Of a stretch of DNA of 64,000 bases, positions 24,659-37,711 are shown in pieces (within the stretch, counting starts at the first letter, position 1; each line of letters begins with the position of its first letter). Location: assembly GCA_010015585.1 (NCBI GenBank), contig ML975163.1; one strand, written 5' to 3'. The notes below the pieces were generated by a model. That model was given only the letters and a program-made list of their open reading frames with translations. It was not told where the DNA came from and did not search any database. Made by a program: the position numbers and the translations under genes. The DNA comes from Eremomyces bilateralis CBS 781.70 (Eukaryota).

Positions 24659-27600
24659 TGAGACTGACACAGCAAGAGGTCAGGAATTGCGGTGTCTCGC
24701 GGATCCGATACGGCCTTCCCCGTCAATACGCATCTGGATGGATGTGGCTCTTGAGGCGCGTTAAACGGACCACTCGGACTCGTCTTGCCCTATCCCCCGG
24801 TTACAAGAATATGTGGGCGTGATCGGCTTTAATGGTTTGACAGGATGATCCTGCCGGCCGCAACGGAAACGGGCAATATCACCTTGCTCGTGTCACACTG
24901 ATTCGGACCGTTTCCCACTCAACCGTCCTCATCGACCACGCCCCACGCCTCACTCACCTTCCCCAAATTCATTCGATTCCCTTCGCCCAGCTCCCGTGTT
25001 TTCATTCAGTCTGACACCATCAACTTGAACTCCCCCCTAACATCCCCATCCACGACCCGTCGCACAAGATCGAAGAGGATTTGATTGCCCTCCAGGATCC
25101 CTTCCATCGAGCATTCCGTCCTCACACCCTGTTCTCTTCGATCGAGTTTCGGACTTGCTCACACCGCAAGTAAGCACCTTTTGTGCTCGTCTCGTTCGCC
25201 ACTCTCTCCTTCTCCGTCCGCAAATGTCTCACCAGACACCAGGTCCGCATACGAGCTTGGACGCCACAGTTGTTCAGCGCGATTTGAGTTAATAGGGAGG
25301 GTTGAGTGGACCATGGCGCCGGGATCGGGGCTCACGCACGAGGAAGAGGGATTGGCGATCCCCCGCCCAACGATTTCACCAGAGTCAGGCCCGTCAAAAC
25401 TTGGCTTCCACGAGAAATGCCCTATAAATATGTGTTAATGACATGGAATCCCCGCCTTTGTACATCTAAGGAATGGGATTGTAACGAGGAACGAAACCAA
25501 TGATGACGTCTATGACCAAACCACTGATGAGTCTATCAAGAAGGGCATATGGTCTCGACGCTGAAAGAGAATAGTCTGGATTTGCCACGCCGTTTCAAGG
25601 AATGTTCTCCGGTGCCCATGAGTCCTCATCTCCTGTCTTTCGAACACCTTCAGCAGAACCTAGTTCGCCACCTCATGCTGTCTTCCCCAACCCACGCCTT
25701 TTCTGCGGAGCAGCATCACCTGCAGTCAGGAGTTCGGACTCGACCATGTGGTATTCCGATCTCGATGGTGCGGTATGCTTAACTGCTGTTCGGTATCGCA
25801 CTCGCCCATGTCTCCGTTGTCACAGTCATGGCCCAAACGTCCGAATCCCCTATCCTCAGCCCACCAGCCGTTCTTGATCCCCTGATCTTGGAACGTCCGG
25901 GCCCAAGCTTGCCAGATGTGCTCATCTGCGTGTCTGATGTACCTGATGTACCGGAAATAGTTTTGGTCGGCATCTCGCGTCACCGGCGCCTCCCGTGTAC
26001 AATATCGCCAAGCGGCTCTGCTTTGGGCAAGTACAGTACATTTCATGAGAGGCCCACCACCTGGTCCGCTGCACGGTCGTTTTTGTTGCACTTATCTGTT
26101 CTCATTATCCAGTGAATATGCGCCAGATACGTACTACACCGGTACGTATCGACACATGCCGATCACCCAACCGCCACACAACTTGATCTTGACTTGACTA
26201 AAGCTCTGCCCCTGTTATTGTTGGCCCAAGTCAGCTGAATAATGGATTGGCCAGCCGATGAGCCGATCTATTGCATGTCACGGAACCTCCCAAGCAGACC
26301 TTGTAGAGAAGCGGCGACGCTGCGCAAGTCAGTTCCGGCAACTGCAGCACGGCATGCTGCGGCCCTGGACCAGAGCTCGATATCGAACCGGGATCCGCAT
26401 GATGTTCGACATGGATTCTGATGCATCCTGCTCCGAAAGTGACTGCTCACATTTGGAGTTCCCTGTTCGTGTCGCAGCCGAGACACACCCCTCTCCGGAC
26501 ATTTCTGTCCAGACAGCTCGGAAAGTTGTTATTAGAATGGAGGAATGCTCCTTGAACTCCATCAGATGTGTTCGGAGCGTCGCAAGCTTCGAATCATTTC
26601 TCTAAGCGGAGTCCTCGGTGCAAGTCATAAATCACCTCGGTATTATATGAGAGTTCAGTATGAACCGTTGTCAAACGCAGCTTAACTCCCCTCCATCTCA
26701 ATAGCGCCCAAGACAACATCTCTAGAAAAACATGCCCACGTCTCATGTCAAGAACAAGTCGCTTCTCCTCTTCGGCTGACGTGACCTCGCTCCCCCCAAT
26801 CTCCCCTTCAGCGACTAAGTCCAATGACCGTCCCCTTTCTTTTTTCTTTGGCTGCTCTTCCCCGCTTCCCCGAGCGCCATTGCAAAGCTTGGCAATGAGT
26901 TCGTCTCCGCCCAGGCGGGCAGATCGACAGGGCAACATTCCTTTTGACGGTCGAGGTGCACCATTGAGCACCTCTGGAACGAGTTGCGCGTTTGGCACGT
27001 ACGAATCGCATGGCTCTCTCAACGAGAAGCACGCCGACGGAGGCCGCGCAGAATCACTGGACGAGAGCGGATACGCGACATGTGGGTGAGCATGGTCGTC
27101 ACGGATGCCTACAGTATGAGGAATGCGTGACTAGACTCAGTAGAATGCGAGATCGGGAGATCGGGAGACCAATTCTCGTGATCGTTGTCATGGTTACTCG
27201 TGAGGAGGTGTCCACGCATAGCGGCAGTCGTTCCATGTGAGATGCGATTTAAGGTTGTAATCCAATCAGTCAGATGACTGTAGAACAACCTCGCGTGCCA
27301 CCAGTGGCTATCTTGGGTAACAGGATCAGGCTTGAAAGCAGCATGAAGCTGACGAAATAACAATTCGGAATTGGTAAAATGGTACTGAACCCAACCGCTC
27401 CTGTCGTTCCTTGGGTATTCGAAAAGATCCGTAGTCATGTTCTCCCAAGGTCATGTTCTTCCCGCAGCTTTGCTTCTTCTTCCTCGCTTCTGCACCTCTC
27501 CAGCAGTGTGGCACCCATCATGCAAGTGATGGGATGGTTGGATCCCGATCATCACTTCCATCGGACGCCTCACATTAATCCATCTGCACGAATCCCTACT

Positions 27601-29184
27601 TGTGCGCCACCAACAATGCCAGGCCGTTCGACCAGTGAGATCGCGATAAAACGGTTCATGGGTTGCGAAAGATCCTAGATTCTTGAAGTCCATCTCTCCT
27701 GCCCGAACCGCGTCTTGTTGCCTCTGATACTGGGTTGTGGGTTGAGGGACTCAAAGTCAAGGCAAGAGCAAAGTTGGGACTGGTTTGATCCCAGCGAGGC
27801 GAGGCGGGTGGCTACAGACGAGCTGCATGATATCCGCCGAGGATTGCCACAAGATTAGGAATGCCTCCAAGGGCAGATGTATCCCGTTCCATCCTCTGAG
27901 GAGTTTGTGACGTTTTTTATTGTTTCAGCTCTGATGAAGTACTGGCAACAGTGAGGCTAGACTGCTAGGCTGCTAGTTAGACTGCCGGAGCGAGCTCCTA
28001 GCCACTCTTTCTAGTCTTTGTTTCCACTTCCTATCAAAGAAGCTTGACACCAGCTGGAGCCTGCGACGGAGAAAATTACAGATATTCGGAGAATTGATTT
28101 GACATGCCGGGATCTGAGCAATACCACTCTCTTTGATACCGATGGCTTGCCATGGAGGCGCGTACCTTGCTTCGTGTTCTTGTTTTGGAAGCCATTGTAC
28201 CAGCAATGGCGTCTCATGGGATTTGATTTCTTCGAGTGATGGTATTTGAGCCTCCTATGGCTCCCGCACGGTGAAACGGGCCATTTCAGGTACTGGTACA
28301 ATCAGTGGATGAAGAGATAAAGCGAAACGCCTCATGATCTAGTCATCCGTCGCAGGGTTCATATCATTTGACGGATGCTCAGATGTATCCTCGTAACCAA
28401 TCCTTTTCTTATGGATGGTCTCCTGTCATCCTGTCCCGTGCGACGACAAGACCCCGGCTGTTTCGAACCGAGTCAGGAGAGGATGTGGGGTGAATGTCGT
28501 CGCCGGTAAGGAGCGATCGCAATGGATCCTGAGCCGGAGATCCCGTTCCGATGGAGCCCAGGCGTTCGGCTGCGACAGATCGAGAGTCGAAGTGGATCAT
28601 GGCTGGAAGCAGAGATCCTGATTTCTGCAGTACATATCTGAATTCTCCACGCCGTCATCAGCCCAGATGTCTGGGCTGCAAGCGAGATGTATTGGACGTC
28701 TCGGTTACTCCCAGGATCGATAGTCCTATAGACCGTACCTGACCAAACCAGAGAAGGCGAATCGGAGCGCTGGAGAGGACGTCGCCCGATCGCGGATGTC
28801 AGATAATACATCCAATGTGATAGGCAGTTGGGAATATGGAATTGGTACGCCACTTTGTGCAGCAAGGACCTTGTTTCTGTGCCTCGCCAGCTGCACCGAT
28901 GCCGACTGGCTTTCCTCTCATGGAGTCGTCACAATCGGTCTCGTTTTCTGGCTCTGTACTGCCTCCCCGGATCATCTGCAATTACACACCATTTCTAATA
29001 ACCCATACTGTCGTTGTCGCATTTCCAAGGCGCTGTGTATCTTCGGTGTCGTCCCAGCTTCCCTGCGCCGTCCATCCCCCTCCTTGACTCCTTCGATGGA
29101 ATCCCTTCATCGAAAAAGTAAGTAAGTCCCTAGGGTGGAGAACCTAGCCACCCTCTATTTCGCTAAGGAATTCCACCCTATACC

Positions 29185-29217
29185 AGCGCCCCTTGAGAGC
29201 GCCCCTTGAGCGCCCCA
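29185..29217. repeat. Short direct repeat AGCGCCCC(TTGAG), about 2.5 copies
   Basis: agcgccccttgagagcgccccttgagcgcccc. Confidence 0.6.
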
Positions 29218-30937
29218 GGTGGCCCAAGGACCAAGGTATTGTACGCTCCGGCTGGGTCGCACAGAGTCTCTAGATTCGCCGCCCGCGCATATACTAAAGC
29301 AGCGGACGCCGGCGCAAGCAATGGAGGGAAAGAATGGTGACATAAACCTTTTCAGCGAGAGTTGAGCGAGGCGCTTTACTCGCTGCTGTGGAATAGCATT
29401 TGAAGCCAGCATTGGTCACAGGAATTGACGAGACGCATTACAATACCTGTCCGCATATACCGTTCATTGCAGCTCCTCGTGCCTAAGTACCTGGTGGGAT
29501 CGAACAAAAGGGCTAGAGGTCCGGCCGATCTTGTCGTTCTTCTTCCATCCCTTTGGGTCTGCTCTTATCCTGCGGTGATTTGCTGGTTGTGCAGCCGACT
29601 TATTGCAAGACCTGGTTCCTTATTACCTCCATTGAACCGATTAGTTTGTTTGATTCTGATCCTTCACAATTGCGAATAATTCGAACCCTCAAACTTTGTT
29701 GTATAAGAGGGAGGCCTTATCCTCGAGGCTCGATAGCACTATCCCGCTAGCTTGGGCAGTCTATCCTCGCGCTATTCGGTACCACCCGCCGCTACGACTG
29801 CCGCCGAATCTACCGTGGGAACCATTCGAATACCAATCAGCAATTCAATACGAGCGGATATCCGTGAATTGTGTAAATGCTGATAGCGGAAAAGATTTCT
29901 CAATTGACTATCGAACAAACGATCGAACCGTTGGCCAAGTGTCGAACAAGTGTTCCCGAATTTCGTGCTCGAAGGGACTGCATCACCATCGCTTGCTGTC
30001 CATTGATCGCCGCTGCGGCCATCACTAGACCTCGCACTAGAGCACCGTTCATCTCGCGAAGCTACCTTGCATAACGAATGCCCTGGCTGGCAGGATTCTA
30101 TTCGAAGATAAATGCTCAAGCAAGTACCCGTTGACAAACCGCGAAGGAACAGGAACGTATGCTGGATAAGCGAATCAGATTCGACAAACACGCGACCCCC
30201 TCAAGCATTCGAGCAACCAGGCCAAGGCCTGTGGATATTGACGAACCAAAACTCGACCTCATCTTCGTGGTGAACATCCGCTCCGGTCCTCGTGCGTTGT
30301 TCGGGGATTAGGACCACCTGGAGACGCCCACGCCATCAAGACCACACGGCGCCCCAGTATATCCCACGCTGGGCAGGCAGTTTGCGCGAGAATTGCAAGG
30401 GACCCCATCCCCGCTATTCCGCGGTCTATTGGCTCTTATTCCCACCCCGACGCAAGGAAACGTGAGCCTGCCACCGGCCTCTCAGTATCTCCACGTTTGA
30501 TGGGGACTGGAAGGCTGCTTGCTTGGACAGGGACAACAACTGCTCAGCCGTTGCAGTTCTGACAGAGGATATCATCGTGCCGGCCTAGCTGGGTCATCGC
30601 CACCGGGGTTTGTTGAATTGTCCAGTGTCCAGTGCAGGATAGGGCTTTTCGTTCCGTATTCTGTTGTCCTCGTTCACGACCACAATCGTGTGGTGCTGGG
30701 CGGACCTCGAGTGCTCCTCCCTTTCTCTCCGACCGTCTGTTGCATTGCTTGCATAAACCAACCTTTGTGCGGGCTCTTTGGAGTGGAGGGAGGATTATTT
30801 TGGATCAATTGGAGGAATTTATCGGTCGCAAAGACGGATTGATTGGAAATCGAAGATCAGCATTGCAGGACGCCGCTATACTGGAAGACTTGGAAGGGGA
30901 CAAGCAAATCGAGCTCCACGAAGCCAAAGGACAAACA

Positions 30938-33614
30938 ATGAGTCGACCGATGGTGCTTCCAACAGGATTTCATGTTCCAGTTCCTTCATATCATTTCCAT
31001 GATGTCGGATTCCCTCACGCTCCTCCATCGCAGCAACAATATCGACAGCGACAACTCTCATACGACCGTCACTCTCACACTGCTCCTGCACCAGCAGCAG
31101 TAGTAGCTCCCTCCTCACACTCCACCACCAACACACCAACCTCCACCTCCACCTCCGCCTCTCATGGTCTCGCACTCCCACTTCGTCAACACCATAATCA
31201 CCACCCTTTAACTGTTGCACAGCAACCTCCTCAACCCTCTCTCTCACATTCCCATTCCCACTCAATCCCTCAGCAGCACCATCCGCTCGCCGCGTCCACC
31301 ACTTCCGAGGATCTTCGCTCCGCATTTCATCCCGCGCCGATCCCGCAACAACCCCATCCTCACCAAGCTCCCCTCATCACCATGGCATTCGAGCCCTCCC
31401 AAGAGGAGATGGCTGAAATGCAGAAGCTCTCGAACGACTATGAACCCGAAGTCACGGTATGTTCTTTTCCATTCCTTGGTCCGGATTTCTTTTCCCCGTC
31501 ACTACGGTTTGCATGTTCCACAATCTGATCGCCTTGGGATGGTTATCCCCGCCGTACCCGTACCGTTGGAGTGAGCACCATTGGTCTCTGCATGCACTTT
31601 TACCCATGCATATTTATCAAGGGCCAATGTCGGCATGATGGAAGTTGCAGCGGATAGGTGCTAACGGTTGGTGAATTGTTAGGGTCCACTCGTCAGTGAG
31701 CTGCTACCGAGCAGTGCGATAACCACCGAATACGCAAATGCCGACCCGGTGTATCAGAGGAAGACGGCGGTATGTGGATCACACTCGGCCAAGCTTCAAT
31801 AATGGCCATGGGAACCCGCGACGGAACCGAAACTGACGGACTACTTTTTGCAGGCCCTACCGCACAAATATTCGCACTATCGGACATGCAGAGGGGACGG
31901 ACATTGCGGATGGAGAGGTAAGAATGCGCTTTCGGCAGGTGTGTTGTAAGTATAGCATGTTGACGATATCCTCTAGCTGTTGCATTTAGCTACTATGAAG
32001 CACTCTATAACACCGGCAACAAGAGCAAGTTCTACTCCGAAGAAGCGCGACTACGTTCCCTGGGGAATCTTTTGAACCAAGTTGGCTTTCCGGAACACCT
32101 CTACGAAGACTTTGCGATTGAAGCATTCCAACTGCTGCAAGAGACGGCGGTGGCCATGGAGAACAACGATGGTGGTGCGAAATTATTGGCCGCCTTTAAC
32201 GATGAGTCTCTATCCATGAGTATCATCACCTATCTGAAGGTATAGCTGCTGGCAATTTCGCATGCACCAGTCTATCTCGGCATCCCCGGTTTATCTCGTG
32301 ATATCAACTGACCACTCTATAGCTTCTTACTAGCGCGTATATCCAAACCCATCCGGACGAGTATTCCCCCTACATGAACCATGGGCAGAGTGTTCAGAAT
32401 TACTGCCAATCCTCAATTGAGCCGGTCATGTCTGAAATTGAACACGTTGGCATGAGCGCACTTGTCGAGGTGCTTGTCAAACCAGCCGGCATGGCAATGG
32501 AGATCCTCTATCTGGATCGCAGCCAAGGAGAGGAAGTCAACACGTACCGATGGGACCCCGTGGATGGCACAGGTATCACAGTGTCTGATCCGTCGACATT
32601 GCGTTTACTCTACAGGCCGTAAGTTCATTTTACGAACAAAGTTGCTTCTTGCCGTCGGCTCACCGAAATATAGCGGACACTACGACATCCTGTACAAGAT
32701 GGAGCCTCTACCTCAAAGCGCCATCGCCCAACCCCAACAGCAACCCCCTGTCTTCGTCGCCCTTGCCAACGCCATCGACTCCCACATTCCCCAAACGATC
32801 GGGTTCTCAGACTACGCCATTCCCGGCCTTTCCTTCGTCTCTCCACCCTCGCTCGGTTGGTCTTCGATGACCACATCCACACCTCTCTACCCATCGGCTC
32901 AATCTCCTTGCTACGACTTCGCACCCACCGCAACCCCAATCGCTGCCATCCCGGCGCCTGCACCGTCTTCCAACCTGGTGTCAATGCCACAACATCATGC
33001 AAACAGCAGCGGGAGCTCCGCCGAGGTCGGCAGCCACGTGCATACTCACGGACACTCGGAGATCCATGCCGACCTCAACGCCCATGGCTCAACACACACT
33101 CACGCACTGGCCCACTCGCAATCGCACTCTTCCCACCCCCACACCACTACTTACGCGCACACGCCCGCAACGATGGCGCTACCGCCCGATTTCTTAGTGT
33201 CCGGCATGCAACCCGAGATCCCGCAAACCCCGCCTGTCGGCCTATCGTTGGGTACCCCATCAGGTCTAGCGATTGACCGCGGAGGACCGTTCAGACCCTC
33301 GGCCTGGGAGCTAAAGCCAAACTTTTCTGCGGCAGGGTTGGGCGGTGTGCCACTCCAAACGGCAATTTTCAGAAAGTGAGTCGTCTGTCATCTTCGTTAT
33401 TTCATACTCAAATAGGCAACCGAGAATCGCTATCCCCAATTTGTAATTTTCCTGGAGACGCATGACGCAGGGAGGTTTGCTAATGCGTGTCAATTTCTGT
33501 AGTTCACATTACAACACCGCCCACTTCAACAACCCAGACTTCCAACCGGAAGAATGGAGCCCCGAGACGGAACTCCCTGTCCACGAACGGCCTCGCAAAA
33601 AATCAGCGCATTAG
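30938..33614 (+). CDS. Otubain-type deubiquitinase (peptidase C65) with His/Pro-rich disordered extensions
   Basis: Exons 30938-31456, 31683-31769, 31854-31917, 31977-32239, 32323-32618, 32674-33375, 33503-33614; catalytic YRTCRGDGHCGWRA, ILYLDRS, LLYRPGHYDILYK; C-terminal NSHYNTAHFNNPDFQPEEW. Confidence 0.9.
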
Positions 33615-34002
33615 CACGTCGTGCTGTGCGCTGCAGCGTCGCTCGATACACCGACGTTGCTGTTGCGTCCGATGTGGGGGACGCATGGAAAAATTTCACT
33701 GTTGGCATCAATTGAATCGACCATCCCTTCGCACCATCCTTGTCTTTGCATCGCATGCATTCTCGACGATCCAACAAAGGTAGCGAATTACTTATCTCAA
33801 TTCGATCGGCCGGATAATTACGTTTTTAATGTCTCCGGCACTCCTAGTCTCCTTTTCTGGTTAGCCCCGAAGTCCCGCACCCGCCTGCTCGGTACGTCCC
33901 GCGTTCCCGCAACCGCCTCTGCCGCCGGACGCACACACCACCTCCGCAGCGCCGCGTGTCGGAGATCAAGCAATTTCATTTTTCCGGTTTAATATGGGAT
34001 CT

Positions 34003-34038
34003 GGTTTTGGCCGTGGTTTTGGCCGTGGTTTTGGCCGT
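34003..34038. repeat. 12-bp tandem repeat (GGTTTTGGCCGT)x3
   Basis: Three exact copies downstream of the otubain stop. Confidence 0.85.
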
Positions 34039-35396
34039 TGTTTTGTTTCTGCAATGTTCAATGTCGGTGACCCGAGTGGTTGGGTCGCGACGTTGTTTGG
34101 TCTCGTCGCAGCCAATCCGGGATGACCACGACCACCGACAGACTACATAGCGTGCTCAACGACAGCAAGACACGGAACACTTCTCCGTTATGATGTGACC
34201 ATTGGACATATCACAGTCCCACATAATCGGCCAACGGTTACAGGTGGTTAATTCGTCAGCGGTCGGCGATCTGATAACATAAGGCAATAATTCACGAGAC
34301 GGGACCAAGATCTGATCCATTGGAGAGGGTCATGGCGGAAAACCACGGGACGGCTCGAGGGACGGTGCAGCACGCATGTAATTGGGCGACACCGAGCGAA
34401 CGGTTGCGATCGACGAGAGCGCATGTCGACGTGGAACTGAACATGTGGACGACGCCTGGTCCTTTCCCTCCACTGGTTCGATTTGCACATCCTTTCGTAT
34501 CTCTCCTATTTTCTCTTGTTCTTCCAATTCCAAAGATTGTTTCGAGGCGACACCGCCAACACGAGGCAATACCTAACGGCTTTGGGGCGAGGAACGTCCG
34601 AACGAATTCCCTTTCGCACCTCTACTTCCCTTTCTTTTTCTACTTTGACCTCTCCATTATTCCTATGCGGATAGCGTCATCGGTTACTACACCTGTTCGG
34701 CTTTTAATCGCACTACTATCTCTTTCATGACGGTCAAACGATGGGCACAGCGATTTCTAGATCGCTTAAGGGGGCATACGTTCGGATAATCGGGGGGATT
34801 CTGCAACTTGGCACGAAGCGTGATACCCTAGAGGGACGAGAAGCCCACACGAAGAGATAGGAGATCAATGTCCGGATGGGAGGCAAAACCACCGCGATCC
34901 CCACGTTGTTACGCATTGACGAATTTCCTTATTTATTTTCCTCTTTTACCATTTCCCATTGTCTTTTACCCCCATCACGCTGCTATGCGTTCTGGAATAT
35001 ACTTATGGCACAGCATCATTAGCTTGGTTTCTGTTAATCACTGGATTTTTGTCTTTCTTTTCGCTACGTTTTCCTGGTATCGATGGACGCAAGCATCATT
35101 AAGAAGCACGCCACAGTCATGACTGGATGACCGAACAGAACTATGATCGAGGAATGAGACGATCGATGGAAGCTGGAATTAAAACGGGAGATAGGGTGAC
35201 GTGGTGACTAGGGAACCGGTAGCATCCTGGGCTTTCAGGCCTTTTCGGATTATGTAGTACTTAGCACTCTGAATGGGAGCCCTAGTCACCTCGATGTGCC
35301 GTGCATTGACATGAAGTCTGACCGATTCCCTGAAAACCCATCACCCTTAATGATTGCAGCAACGCTAGAGCTCTCCAAGGTAGACATGCGCAATCC

Positions 35397-36658
35397 CTAC
35401 TCCTCCTCCTCCTCCTCCTCCTCCTCCTCCTCATCCACCTCCTCGCCCATCACCACTGCCAACGCCCCCCTCGCCAACCCCACCACATGGTTCAAATGCC
35501 CCAACTTGACTCCCACCGCTATCAACGCCGGATCCTGCGCCTCGACCCTCACCTTCTCCCTCACCCTAACCTCCCGCCCCTCCCCACTTCCCGCATCCTC
35601 CTCCACCCCGCCCACCACAAATACCTTCCCCTCCTCATCGTGCGCCGCCAACTTCTGTCCCCCCAGCGCGTTCGCCAACCCCCGCAGCATCCCGCCGCCG
35701 ATCCCCGAGCTCTCGGGCTGCACGGGCTGCAGCGTCCGCACGACGACTTCGAGGACACACCCGCGGACGCCAACCCAGACGTTCAGGTGGTGAAATCCCT
35801 CCCTGATCACCGCATCTCCAGGCGCGGCGTAACCCCCGCCCCCTGCCGCGCCGACCGTTCCTTCGAAACACCCCCGCGCAACGCCGGTCTCCGTCCACAG
35901 TCCTCCATCGTGTTTAGTTCCTTCTTCGCCTTTCAGCTCCTTCCGTGCGTTCGCGATCTCGGTTGACAGGAGGCGCAGCTGGCCGGCAATGAAGTTCGCG
36001 TCGTGCGGGGAGCCAGCCCAGCGGGAGACGTCGATGGCATCGAGGGCGGAGAGGATGGAGGAGCGGCAGGTGGAGAGTTGAGGGATGGTGTGTGGGTGGG
36101 TGAGGAGGAGGGGGAAGTAGGGGGTGGAGCGGGGGGTGGGGAGGGTGGGGAGGCGGAGTTTTATGTCCTTGGGAGATGTTAGATCTTAGGTTGTATAAGG
36201 ACGGTATATTCGGTGGGGGGGTAGGTGGAAGGAGAAGAAAGAAGGAGATGGACTTACGCCCTTGACGATGCGCGTCCCAACGCGCGTGATGAACCCTTTT
36301 AGGCTCTCAGATCGGTGCGAGGAAAGTGCGAGGGTACTGCCCGGTTCGGCGGGGGCGAGCAGTTCAGCACATTCTGTGAGACCTTCTTTGAGCGACTGGA
36401 GGGTCGTTTGGAGGGAGTCGAGAAGCCAGTTGAGTTCGCGAGCCTATCGTGAAGTCCCTCGTAGTTAATAACATTACGTAGCAGCAGGTATCAGACCGCG
36501 ATAGTGGGATTCAGGGAGATTGGACCAATCGAGGAATTGGCATCGTAACGTCATGGATGGACGGCACAATTAAACCAGGCATCACATACCAATGAAGTTT
36601 CCTCTTCCTTCCTCAGCTCCTCGACTGATGAAAGCGGTGGCCAGACGGCTGCAGACAT
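35397..36658 (-). CDS. RAV2: RAVE complex subunit 2 / Rogdi leucine-zipper protein
   Basis: Exons 36658-36590, 36443-36258, 36167-35397; ARELNWLLDSLQ, ESLKGFITRVGTRIVKG, VREKVRVEAQDPAL; poly-Glu tail from a (GAG)n tract at ~35400-35430. Confidence 0.8.
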
Positions 36659-37711
36659 GGTTCCTGGGCCGGCTAGTATCGCCCTATCATGCTCTTAGTT
36701 GGATGAATTTATAACGCGTACCGCCGACGTTCACAAACTTCACGTCGATGCTAGATGGAAGAAGAAAGGACAAGATGATCGACGACGGCATGATGCTAGG
36801 GACCCATGTTCAGTGGCTCATGTGCTCCACCAAACCATTACCATCCCCCGCGTGGCTGTCCAGATACTCCATGATCGCCGGCGACATGGCATGTGGATGA
36901 CGACGCTCCTTGCCCACATCTCTTTCATTGATACAGTACGGAGCGCAGGAACGATTGCAGATGATGCGGGGTTAATCTTCATCTCGCATATTGCTACCGG
37001 TAGTCATATACATTTGGCGATAACACAGAATACAGATGATTTTTTGACAATATCTAAGTGTATAGTTAAAGGAACTAGCGCGTAGCTCATCTCGAGACTC
37101 GATATGTCCTGCACGTCATGATGAAACTTATAAGTGATGACAAGGAATCTTTGCTGGGTACCTTAACTCTAGTTAAGTTTGTCGCCCTGTTTGTTAGACT
37201 CTAAAACCAGAGAAGTTCTGTGAGCGAGTTTAGCAAGGAGAAGAGCCGATTGGGCTGCTGGACTCCTGCTGCTGTCATGATGTGCAGTTGACTGCTGGAT
37301 GGTGAACGAAGAAGAAGTCATCTCTCAGTAGTAGAGCTAGACACTACGTCACCATCGCTCCAAGTCGTACCAAACTCAGCCAGCTTCATCCAGCTTTGTA
37401 GTAATAACATGAAGATTTAGGGAGAGAACTTGGTTCACTGCTTCGTTCGAACCAACAGGAGGTATCCTGTTACATGGTCATATTTCAGCTTCACCTTGCC
37501 CCTACTCCCAGCTTGCTGAGCTTCTTCTGATTCCCACTTCCTCCTATTTTCTGTGACTTGCTGGCTACGATCAACCTTTTGGTGTAACTTATCCTCGTGA
37601 AAGTTGTTTGAAAGGCTGATATAACTTTCAACATCACGAAGTGAGCCAGATCTGCTGTTAGCATAGTCTCAAGTAATCAGTTCAACAGGCAAACCCTCTA
37701 CAGCAGCCCTC

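Noticed and set aside
25524..25567. Hammerhead ribozyme core CTGATGA...GAAA
   Set aside because: Stem II is not followed directly by GAAA, and there are no stems I/III
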